Positions 1 through 9,572 of a DNA stretch of 29,329 nt are shown here, piece after piece (position 1 is the stretch's first letter; each line of letters begins with the position of its first letter). Under the pieces are notes generated by a model. It did not search any database. It saw only the letters and a list, made by a program, of their open reading frames with translations, and was not told the origin of the DNA. This DNA is from Coniocarpon cinnabarinum (lineage: Eukaryota): contig JAVECO010000091.1 in assembly GCA_051942205.1 (NCBI GenBank), positions 62,001 to 91,329 on the forward strand, in the 5' to 3' direction. The position numbers and the translations under genes were made by a program.

Positions 1-1559
1 CCGAGAGCAACAGGATCCACAGGAGTAAGAAAAGGCGCGGCACAGACGTCTTTGTACCTCGGACGCTCCATTTCCGCAAGAACTTCCCCAGCAAAGGTCA
101 GTTCGGCTTTGAATTTCTTCTTCTGCGGCTTTGGGTACTGCAAGTCTCGTGGCGCTGGACGCTGAATCTTCCGCTTTGGCCGATCCGCAACGTTTGAATC
201 GCGCCGCACCAAAGGCACCCCGTTCGCATCAGGCGCGAAGGCCGTGGATGGAGATTGAGCTACGGCTCCCAGGGATTGTCTTGACTCTCGACGCTGCAAC
301 TCGCGTGTGGGACCTGGCAAGGACGTACGTTTCGGCTTTGACGGCTCAGGCGCGGGATCGCCAGGCTTCGGAAGCTTGCGAAGCTGGGCCTCAAGTTGGG
401 ATCGAATCATCATACCAGATTGCGCAACAGGATGTGCTTGACCGTTGAAGCGGATGGCGTTGTTGACCATCGTATCGAAATCTGCGACGTAGTCCACTAC
501 TGATGGATAATCGCGATTCTTGAGCTTTGTTTCCATAGTCGAAAGATCCATAGGCTCTTTTATCAAGTCATAATAGGTCGGCAGATTCAGGGCGACAGGA
601 TCGACAGGTTTCGAAAAAAGCGAGGCGTGCTTGCCCTTTTTCAGATTTCGCATGCCTTCGATGAGCCGCTTCTGCTGTGTGTCGGTCATCTCCCCCCAAT
701 CTTCCTTCGTCGAAGCAGAGGACGCCAATCCTGGTGTGGCCGGTGTGACCAGAGCCTCACTCGTCGCGCTCGGAAGAGCTTGGGAGGTGTCGACCGAAAT
801 ATTTGCTGCAGGCGCTATCGACTCTTGAGCACTCTCGTCTGTTTTCGTACGCTTTGCGGCAGGTTCCTCGACATCATTGTCTTCATCTCGTTCACGTGGA
901 ATTTTCGTACTGAGACTAGAGTCTCCCGTGCTGGGGTCAGGATTTATAATACCCGGCTCATCATTAGATGCTGGGGCTGCTTGTTCCGTATCGGTTTCGT
1001 CTGGCAACTGCTGAGAGGCTTCAGCCATAGAAGTGTCGACAACACCCGCGTCGTCTTGATGCGATTCTGCAGCTACATCGTCGGACGGAACCGTCTCCGG
1101 CTGTGTCGCGTGAACTGAGTCACCATTCATTTGAGGTTCGGCAGGAGAGGCAAGAGACTCATTCGTGACCGCCCCGCCAGCATCGTCGACAGCTGAATCG
1201 TGCGACTGCACCACCTCAGTTGAAGGGTCGACGTTCGGTGTTTCGGGGACATGATCAGATGAAGGTGGAACAGCGGCAGTGGCCGCAATTTCGTGAGGTG
1301 GTGACGGTATCGAGGATGGTATATCTGGCTTTGCGGGCGCGCTGTCGAGATCTGTCGAAGTCGCATCTCTGTCGGCGAGTGAGTTTTGTTGGACTGCGGC
1401 ACTGCAGCTCGGATCAGCAGGTGTCGTGTGAGCAGGCGCGGGGACCACTGACGCGTTGCTTTTCGACAGTGAGGGCATCTCCTGCTCGGGCGGCGTTGGA
1501 TGTGCATTGCCATTTTCTTGTGGTTGCGCATCGATTGGTGGAGATGCGACGGCGGCCAT
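1..1559 (-). CDS. BDF1: BET-family double-bromodomain protein (Bdf1), 5' part; 3' end runs off the window start
   Basis: Manual minus-strand translation from ATG at 1559 (MAAVASPPIDAQPQENG...). Bromodomain 1 reads ...LFSKPVDPVALNLPTYYDLIKEPMDLSTMETKLKNRDY...DFDTMVNNAIRFNG (~690-440). The start of bromodomain 2 reads PKPQKKKFKAELTFAGEVLAEMERPRYKDVCAAPFLTPVDPVAL (~135-1). The segments I translated share one frame. Absent from the ORF track, presumably because no stop lies inside the window. Confidence 0.92.
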   Translation of the reverse strand, partial: MAAVASPPIDAQPQENGNAHPTPPEQEMPSLSKSNASVVPAPAHTTPADPSCSAAVQQNSLADRDATSTDLDSAPAKPDIPSSIPSPPHEIAATAAVPPSSDHVPETPNVDPSTEVVQSHDSAVDDAGGAVTNESLASPAEPQMNGDSVHATQPETVPSDDVAAESHQDDAGVVDTSMAEASQQLPDETDTEQAAPASNDEPGIINPDPSTGDSSLSTKIPRERDEDNDVEEPAAKRTKTDESAQESIAPAANISVDTSQALPSATSEALVTPATPGLASSASTKEDWGEMTDTQQKRLIEGMRNLKKGKHASLFSKPVDPVALNLPTYYDLIKEPMDLSTMETKLKNRDYPSVVDYVADFDTMVNNAIRFNGQAHPVAQSGMMIRSQLEAQLRKLPKPGDPAPEPSKPKRTSLPGPTRELQRRESRQSLGAVAQSPSTAFAPDANGVPLVRRDSNVADRPKRKIQRPAPRDLQYPKPQKKKFKAELTFAGEVLAEMERPRYKDVCAAPFLTPVDPVAL

Positions 1560-2510
1560 ACCGTTGTGAAGGTATTCGGCCGATGCGCCGCAACGATAGC
1601 AGTGAGGTAGAGCGTGCAAAGGAGCTTTGGTGTCTGTTAGTAGGAGGCCAGTGGCTGTGAATGGCTGTGAATGGCTGTGAAGGTGAGATTGTGATGGATG
1701 AAGATTAGAGAAGGATGCAGGTGGGGCAAATCGAACGTTGCGACGACGCGACAACGCTGTGTTGTTGTTCGGCGCGGAGTTATGGACGGATCAGAAAAAA
1801 AAGTCTGAGATGTGCGGCGCGTGTGAAATAGCTGTCAAGCTCCCTGGGAAATGGCACTTAGGCAGCAGCGAGGACGCGCAAGGTGCACAAGTGAAGGTCT
1901 TCACGCCAGACGATGGTGCAAGTCGCCGTACCTTTTCAAAGATGGATAGACTCTAGAAAGTCGTCCGGGACGAAGGATGCGCAAGGTCCCAAAGCGGCGA
2001 AACGTGACGCCGCGACGCGTGCACCGACAAAGTGGGTTGCGCGCGTCCACGAATGGCTGTTTGGGACCAGGAAAAGGATTGCGGGCGCGACATCAGCGGC
2101 GCCGAGACATCCAGAGCGGCGGCAGATGGATGCGACAGGCGTCGTGATGGAAAACGGAAATATCGTGGTCGCGCAGTCAAGTGGTGTGGTGTGGTGTGGT
2201 GGAGTGGAACAGAAGCAGGGCGGAAAGAAGAGAACGGAGCGCGCCTGAAGAAAGATAAATTTCACTCAGAGGCGCTAGCTCCGAGCTGGAGCGCGCTATC
2301 GCCAGAACCGCCTAGCGCGTGCCCGAACGGGACAAGACCAGTATCCACAGCGTCAATCGCTCAAGTCACACAATTCTGCAGTGACGAGCTTTTTCCTCTG
2401 CCTGCCGTAGCCGTCAGTGCCCCGTCCGCCACCGCCCTCTGCCCAACGCCCACTCCACACGCCCCTGATGTCCGGCGTGCGTGCCAGCTGAGTGCTGGCA
2501 GGCGTTCGCC
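1560..2510. promoter_or_regulatory. Divergent intergenic/promoter region between BDF1 and UTP5-like gene
   Basis: Head-to-head start codons at 1559 (-) and 2511 (+). Contains a (GTGGT)x4 microsatellite at ~2181-2202. Confidence 0.7.
1651..1680. repeat. 3x decamer tandem repeat (RTGGCTGTGA) just upstream of the BDF1 start codon
   Basis: gtggctgtga atggctgtga atggctgtga, read directly. Confidence 0.85.
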
Positions 2511-4022
2511 ATGAGCCACGCTGCCAACCTGCGCAGCAGTCAACGTGCTCAACAGGCCTCTTCGAAAAAACGCAAACTCTCACAAGACAACTCACACCCC
2601 GCTGTAAACGGCATCAACGGCATCCTGCATGATCACGCCCCGCCCAAGATACAAGCGGCACCATCGAAGGACGTCAAGGCTCTCAAACAGCGACAGTCCG
2701 ACACCACAGCAGCCAAGATCGCACATGCTGATAGCGATTTCAAGGTAACGCAGCCGTCTCAGGATGCGATCGAGCTCTCCGGAGACTCGGACGTGCAGTC
2801 CGATGGATCAGATGAGGAGGAGGATGAAGAAGAAGGTGACGACGACGATGAAGATGACGACCGAAGGCGCCACGAACAACGTCTTCCTCACAGATTAAGG
2901 GCGAGGTCTTCAGTTCAAAATGCAGAAGAGATCTCGAAGGTAAATGGGATCGATACAAAATTGGAGCGAGCTGATAGCACACGCGAGAACGTCAATGATG
3001 ACGGCGAGGAGCCCCCCAATGATCATTCAGATGGTCAGTTGGCATCACGCGAGAATCCAAACGACGAAGATGAGCCTTCCTTCGGAGACTTGCTACGCTC
3101 ACGACATGGGGCAATGGTAGATATCACAGCAGATGACGAAGAGCGAGGTCATCTATTACCACTGTCACAGAACAGTAGTGCTTCTCAAAATCCCCGCCGT
3201 GGATTGTCGGCACCAAATGCAAACTCCCTAGGTACTGTGCTATCGCAGGCACTACGTACAAATGATGCACCGATGCTGGAATCGTGTCTTCAAGTAAGCA
3301 ATCTGCAGAACATACGCACGACCATCGAGCGACTGCCCTCGCAGCAAGCTGGTGAACTTCTGCAGAGACTGGCAGAGAGAATGCACAGGCGGCCTGGAAG
3401 AGCAGGAAGTTTGATGGTCTGGATTCAGTGGACTGTGGTGGCTCATGGTGGGTATCTAGCCACTCAACCCGCAGTCATGGGCCAATTGAAAGAGCTGTAT
3501 CGAGTTGTCAAGATGCGGGCCAATGCCCTGCAGCCATTGTTAGCCCTGAAGGGCAAGCTAGATATGCTTGAAGCTCAATTGCAATTGCGCAGGAACCGCG
3601 CAGATCATGCTTCGAGTCTTGGAGCCGGGCGAAATGAAGGCGTCATCTACATTGAAGGAGAGACCAGCGACGATGATTCTGATGATGAAGGCGCTGTCGG
3701 CGATCAAGGCAAGGCTCAAAAGACATCTTCTGCGTCGAAACCAGGATTGCATCGAGATCTGACGTTCGAGACCGATGATGAAGCTGATGACGAACCGATG
3801 GTCAATGGCGTGTCACCAGGCGAGGGGGGAGATCTTGACCAAGAAGATGACGGGCAGAGTGAAGACGATGATGAAGACCTTATCGACGACGAAGCAGAGT
3901 CAGTAGACAGCGATGAGAGCGTGGTGGATGAAGACGTCGAGTTTGGTGGCACCGACGATCCGGAAGACTCGGCGAGTGATGCAGAAGACGAGCGTCCGTC
4001 AAAGAAGAAAGCCCGACGGTGA
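2511..4022 (+). CDS. UTP5: Utp5-like SSU processome/t-UTP protein (Utp12/Dip2 C-terminal domain), ~503 aa, intronless
   Basis: First ATG of the 2481-4022 ORF is at 2511. The motif SLGTVLSQALRTNDAPMLESCL...IRTTIERL...RPGRAGSLMVWIQWTVVAHG...LLALKGKLDML matches my recollection of the Utp12 domain in fungal Utp5. Acidic tracts and terminal basic NLS-like patches (KKRK, KKKARR) suit a nucleolar protein. Confidence 0.82.
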   Translation: MSHAANLRSSQRAQQASSKKRKLSQDNSHPAVNGINGILHDHAPPKIQAAPSKDVKALKQRQSDTTAAKIAHADSDFKVTQPSQDAIELSGDSDVQSDGSDEEEDEEEGDDDDEDDDRRRHEQRLPHRLRARSSVQNAEEISKVNGIDTKLERADSTRENVNDDGEEPPNDHSDGQLASRENPNDEDEPSFGDLLRSRHGAMVDITADDEERGHLLPLSQNSSASQNPRRGLSAPNANSLGTVLSQALRTNDAPMLESCLQVSNLQNIRTTIERLPSQQAGELLQRLAERMHRRPGRAGSLMVWIQWTVVAHGGYLATQPAVMGQLKELYRVVKMRANALQPLLALKGKLDMLEAQLQLRRNRADHASSLGAGRNEGVIYIEGETSDDDSDDEGAVGDQGKAQKTSSASKPGLHRDLTFETDDEADDEPMVNGVSPGEGGDLDQEDDGQSEDDDEDLIDDEAESVDSDESVVDEDVEFGGTDDPEDSASDAEDERPSKKKARR

Positions 4023-5411
4023 GCATACAACAAAAGTTTCCCGATTGATCAGCATTTCCGGTTGCAGGGAGCATTGCGGCGCTCGAGCGTGGTGTTCGGT
4101 ACATGACGGCATTAGCTAACTTTCTATGTGCATATTCGGCGTTGGGTTTCGATGTTTGATGCCTCGCAGTCAATGGCAGAGTTGGACACGAGGCTGTATC
4201 GAATATTCATGATACCCCCCGGTGGAGGATCGCTCTGATCATTCAGCAACCACAAGATGTGTTGCATAAAATAGTGTATCTTCAGCTATATCAAGGATGA
4301 CACATCCATACAATTGAAATGCATCTGTGCAAGTCGGCACGCTGTCCTTTCCTTCAACACCCCAATAGATGGGTACCAAGAAAAGACCGGCTTACCCACC
4401 TGAGTCATCTTCGTTCTCTCGAATTTTGATTGGGCATTAGTACTTAAATCCATGCCCTTAGAAATTCCTCTGGTAGAAATTGCAACAGTGATCCGAGCAT
4501 TCGCCAACATGGGCAGAGGTAAGCTCGCATGCGATGTACAGTTGATGCATAAGCAAGACGACGCTAGCGTTAACGTTTCATTGTTCAATTAGGACTCGCA
4601 TCATCAACGCTCTGTCAAGGTCCGAAACACAATTATACGTGGCACTTGCGTCCACTCGACATGCTTACCTGATGCTCTGGAACGTATCGCGCCTGGGTTA
4701 TCAGATGTTTCTCAGAAGCTGAAGAAGTCCTTGTCGTGTTGCTACTTCGAGTCACCAGATTTTGAGACGCGATAAATTAACAGACGTGATCTACCGAATT
4801 GAGAAGATAAACCCCACGCTAGAATTACGGTTGCCCTTGTAGATGGCACATGTCAAAGTTTCAGATTCACATCGTGGTCTAGAGGGAGCCAGGCTCAATG
4901 GATCGATCGACGTGCCTTGTCCCGCCACATGGGTGGACAATATACCATTTCAGTCGACTCATGTAGTGATACAAGCGATTGCATAACGGTACGGTCTAAT
5001 TAGAGCTTGTCCAGCCAGCTCAGACCCATGAGTCTCAACTGACAAAGTCGAATGAGCCAGCATCGCAGTTGTAAATTGCACGCACGTGTTGTATAACGTT
5101 GCGCAAGTATGTTGCGTGATCTCCTTTATGCAATTATTCTTACATCAATCCGATGTATGAGCCGCATTTCAGCGCCGATTTGGTATCTTATAAAGCGACG
5201 GCGATTTTGGAAAGCTTCCCCACATCGCGCCTGTTCGAACGTCATGCAGAGTTTATTCATCATACCGATGTTTTCATAATGCATAAACTCATGGACTCGG
5301 ACACACACTTCACAACGCCCTTACTTGAGTACCTGACACGAATACTCATCGTCTTATATTAAGCTTGCGCTCCCGCAGCCCTCAGACAGGCCGTTACACT
5401 TATACATTAAA

Positions 5412-7234
5412 ATGACTACCGAGGTTGTTCAGACCAAAGGCATCTTCCGTGGACTACCAAAGTATCCAGACAACACGCCGCAGCAGACGGCGCTCATCAC
5501 TGGCGCCAATGGCATTTCAGGCTGTAAGTGGACCTCACAAAGAGATGCTCAAACGAACATTACCTAGCGCCACTGAGATTGAGCACCAATTCACTCGGTC
5601 ACAAGGAATGGAGAAATAGCATGGCAGCTAACGCAAGGTAGACTACATGATCAAGGTCCTAGCAGAGAACCCACAGATATGGAAGAAGATCTACTGTCTC
5701 TCGCGGCGGCCTCCAGCTATTCCAGGCGGACTCCCAAAGAATGTCAGTGTTATTGAAATGTTCGGGTCTTCCGATGACGCCGCTGAAAAGTTCTAACACA
5801 AAGCCAGGCCGAGTTCGTGCAATGCGACTTCTTGAAATCGGCAGACGAGATAGGTGGTGTTATGAAGAACCATGGCATCACGCACGTGTGAGTCTCATGG
5901 GCCCCACTGATCAGATTGCTGCACCATTTGGCCTTACTGATCTGTAATGTTCTTAGTGACCACGTATTCTTCTTCGCCTACATTCAACCGACTCCAGAAC
6001 CAGGTAGCGGCATCTGGAGCGCCGTCGATAAGATGGTCGAAGTGAATAGTAAGCATATGCCAGTGTCGCTACATCTTCGAGACCCAAGCTCACAGCCGAT
6101 CCAAGACAAGCTCCTCGCCAACTTCCTCGGCGCACTCGATGTTGCGTCTATTAAACCAAAGCGAATCATGCTCCAAACAGGGGCAAAGAACTACGCGTAA
6201 GTGACATGATGCACTGCACAATCACTTTCAACGGCTCACGAAAGCTCCCTTTCCAGCGTCCACAACGGTCCCACCAAGATTCCCCAAGAGGAGTCTGACC
6301 CCCGTCCACAGACTGAGCCCAACTTCTACTTCTATCAAGAAGACACGCTCTCAGCATGGGCTCAAAAGACACCCGCGACACGCTACACCATCGCCATGCC
6401 GTCTTTCATATTGGGCGCCGTCCCCAATGCCGCCATGAACGCTGCCTTCCCGCTCGCGGTGTACTGTGCAGTGTGCAAGCACCTGAATGAGCCGCTTGTC
6501 TTCCCAGCTGGCTTCAATTCTTGGACCACGCCTCAGATAGTGTCAACGTCCCAGATGGACGCTTACCTGGAGGAGTACCTCGCCATTGGCCTGCCTGACT
6601 CGGAAACAGCGCGGGGGACGGGCGCCGGAAAGGGGCATGGTGGCAAGGGTAAGAGCTATGGACGAGAGGAGGGGCAAGGGAAGTTCAATGCAGTTGACGG
6701 AGCGCTGTGGGCTTGGGAGAGCAGTTGGCCTCGAATTGCAGAGTGTAAGTGTTCATGCTCATGCTTATCCTCATCACTTCACGCTGGACCATCTTCCACC
6801 GAGGCAGAGTGACTAATGATGCTCACAAAGGGTACGGCCTCCCCTACGAAGGCCCCAATGGCAAGACCGACCAAATCGCCCACGAAGTCGACCTCGGCCA
6901 AGGCCCCCGCGGCTACGGTCCCGGTGCGAAAATGCAATTCCGCTTCTCGACCGTCGCCTGGGCCTCCTCGTCAAAGGTGCAACAAGCCTGGAAAGAAATT
7001 GCCGCGCAGCACGACCTCCTTGAGAAGGAGCTCACCGACACCGAGAGAGTCTTTGGGTTCCTGGACGGCTGGGTGAACCAGCCGTTTCCGTTGCAGTATA
7101 GTAGTAAGAAGGTGCGGAAGGCGGGATTCCATGGGTTTGTAGATAGCGAAGAGGCGCTGTTGGGGGTGTTCGAGGAGTTGGCGGCCATTAAGATGGTGCC
7201 GCCGGTGCCGAAGGTTAGGACGACGTTTGAGTAG
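5412..7234 (+). CDS. PRISE-like (progesterone 5beta-reductase/iridoid synthase family) atypical SDR / NAD(P)-dependent epimerase-dehydratase, 7 exons, ~455 aa
   Basis: Exons 5412-5523, 5642-5742, 5808-5887, 5957-6048, 6106-6196, 6257-6744 and 6831-7234 have GT-AG ends and consistent phases (1368 nt total). Motifs: ALITGANGISG (Rossmann fold), YCLSRRP (NADPH), QTGAKNY (Lys), PNFYFYQED (Tyr), WPRIAEWYG, SSKKVRKAGFHGFVDS. Confidence 0.88.
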
Positions 7235-7521
7235 TGGAGAAGAGGCTGGAGGAGCAGGCTGGAGCCATGAAGGTCAAGGAAGTGGTTGCATTATGAGATT
7301 ACATGACTTGAATTGCGAAATGATTAGGCTCAACACAGTTATTTTACATGCCACAAGGAAACCACAACCAAGGAAACCTTAGACCCCGCCGTGGGTCAAT
7401 AACCCAACACGAATTACAGCCCGATGCTCTTCAGCCCATACTCGACTCTGTTCCAGAAAGCCCACATTGCCTCTCTCCGAAAATCTTCACTTCTCCATCA
7501 CTTGCTCGCATGCCATGCCGG

Positions 7522-8250
7522 TCAGGACACCGACGAAGAACGGTCAATCTTCTTCTTGTTTCCCCCTTTTGCCGCCTTCTGAGTCGCTGGTGGCGGCCCG
7601 GTCGAACCCGCCCGATTCGCTTTTCCCCCTTGGTCGGTCTTCAGATCTTTGAACTGTAAAGACTTCAAGATCTGCCTGGTCCCTTCCCCGTTGTGTTGGG
7701 GGTCTTCCTTGCGTCCCTGTTCTTCTTCCTTTTCGTGTCCCTGTGGTTGTTGTTCTTCTGCCTTTGGTGCCTGCTCTTGGTCCTGAGCGGGTGATGGATC
7801 ATCTTTACCCTTGTCGCCTGTATCTTCTCCGTTCTTGATTTCAGTAACATCGTAAGCCATTGTGTGGTGATCGGATGTGAAGTTCATTTCGAGGATCAGC
7901 TTGTGTCCATGGGAGCCAGGCTTGGCCGGCAATATCTCATGGTGACGCGTTTCCGTGGAGCGTGGACGGTAGTAGTGAGGGAACAGAAGCAGCGCTGCTG
8001 CAAGTGTGTACCAAAACACGATCCCGTGGACGAAGTTGTCGTCATGATGATGAGCATCCTCCAGTGGCCCTATTGCTGCAAAGGTAGCAATGAGGAAGCA
8101 AAGGGTAGCAAGAAAATAGCTGAGGACGCGTATGATGGTTGCATCCGTAGACAGAGTATTCTTGGGCTGACGACGGATCTCAGTCGTCGTCGTCGTCATC
8201 GTCGTGACGATATCACCAGGTGCTGACGGGAGTTGCTGGTTAGTAGGCAT
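7522..8250 (-). CDS. Hypothetical 242-aa protein with two predicted TM helices and a low-complexity charged C-terminus
   Basis: ATG-initiated ORF with A at -3 (ttacaATG). Hydrophobic stretches IIRVLSYFLATLCFLIATFAAI and FVHGIVFWYTLAAALLLF flank a HHHDD loop. No family recognised. Confidence 0.5.
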   Translation of the reverse strand: MPTNQQLPSAPGDIVTTMTTTTTEIRRQPKNTLSTDATIIRVLSYFLATLCFLIATFAAIGPLEDAHHHDDNFVHGIVFWYTLAAALLLFPHYYRPRSTETRHHEILPAKPGSHGHKLILEMNFTSDHHTMAYDVTEIKNGEDTGDKGKDDPSPAQDQEQAPKAEEQQPQGHEKEEEQGRKEDPQHNGEGTRQILKSLQFKDLKTDQGGKANRAGSTGPPPATQKAAKGGNKKKIDRSSSVS

Positions 8251-8677
8251 TGTAAATGATGCGAGCTCGGACGATGACGCAGGTGCGAGAGATTGAGGTG
8301 TAGGTCAGGAGAGAAGGACTGAATGTATTGCAAAAGCAAGAGAAGTCTTGGGCATGTCCCAGGTCATTGCATCGGTCACTCATCGAGACCCTGCGTTCGT
8401 AAGAACAATTTCTTTGCTGCATGGAGAAAGGGCTGAAAACAATAAGACAAACGCTGCAAGCTGCAAGGGGACGAGGGCGCGATCGGCCTCAGAGCCTCAC
8501 AATGTTTCAAGTGCTCTTCCTATCATATTTTTCGTCTAACCGAGATCCAATAAATCAGCAGCGCGGCCTCCACAAGCCGTCATCACCCCCAAACGACAAA
8601 AAAAAATCGAGACCGTGACGTGTCATCTTTCAATAAACGCACCGCGTTATTGTCAGCGTTTGTCCACACGGCTCCGC

Positions 8678-8971
8678 TTACCAGTGACATTCTATCTCCT
8701 CCTCCCAGGACGTTGCGTTGTTCTGCGAGGAAAAGTTTTGTTGTGTCGACTTATCGGATGGAACGTTTGATGACCAGGATGATCGAGCCGGGATCGCTGT
8801 GAAAGTGGGTGTGCCACGGGCTTGGTTGAAAAGCTTCGCGAAAGGTTGACAGGTTATGTTTGGTTCGCCGATGGCCCCATCGAGAGTCGCACGGAGGCGC
8901 AGATGTTCCAGTTGGAGCTTTCGAGACATCTCTGGGCTTCCTTGTTGCGGACAAGTTGAAGATGTAGACAT
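8678..8971 (-). CDS. Possible small orphan ORF (~96-97 aa) flanked by intron-like elements
   Basis: AC-rich start context (caacaactcatcATG). Downstream GTAAGC..GCTGAC..AG element at 8681-8627 and upstream GTAAGT..TTGAC..TAG element at 9028-8991. No homology recognised. Confidence 0.28.
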   Translation of the reverse strand: MSTSSTCPQQGSPEMSRKLQLEHLRLRATLDGAIGEPNITCQPFAKLFNQARGTPTFTAIPARSSWSSNVPSDKSTQQNFSSQNNATSWEEEIECHW

Positions 8972-9572
8972 GATGAGTTGTTGATGTGATCTAGCGTTTT
9001 AAAGTAGTCAAATTTCCCTTGAACTTACCGGGTTTTCTTATTCTGCCTCTTCGTCTTCAGGTGGAAGCATCAGACAATTTGTGCAGGAGGAAGTGATGTG
9101 GCACGAGACGCACAGAGATGTTTGTGCGTGACTTCCCGCTGCTGGGATAGGATGCAAGACAGTGTTTTCTTGGTGCGCGCTGTGCAGTCGGATGGGTTAG
9201 TGACAAAAGGACAACACAGGGGCGTGACGATAAACGCGAGTAGCACTGCCATCTCAGTAGCAGTCAGTTGAGACGGTGCGCTTGACGAGGTCAGGTCTAT
9301 TATTTCTTCGTATTTGTACAGGACATTTTGATACGTCGTTCTATCATATCGTACAAGTTCCGACGCTGAACACGAGACTCGTCTCAACAAGGGTCCAGGA
9401 GAAGATCTCTGCCCATCGTTTGCAACGAATAGATCAAAGTGAATCCCAATCGCATGCCAGGAGCTGGTGATCAGGACGTGTCTCTCGGGAAAGCTTTCCA
9501 AGCAGCAGTCTCGTCTCGTGAGGCGCAAGATCGTCTGTTGTTTGTCTGTCCTAATGGAAGCTCTTAAAACGC

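Noticed and set aside
131..1660. Several ORF-track entries (131-448, 627-1118, 1220-1660 on +; 1127-1531 on -)
   Set aside because: Antisense or off-frame shadows of the BDF1 reading frame.
4286..4700. Minus-strand ORF 4286-4588 with nearby GTAAGC donor-like sites
   Set aside because: I could not assemble an ATG-initiated spliced ORF; branch sites are weak and no homology is recognisable.
8969..9070. Box C-like ATGATGA as a possible C/D snoRNA
   Set aside because: No properly placed box D (CTGA) or terminal stem.
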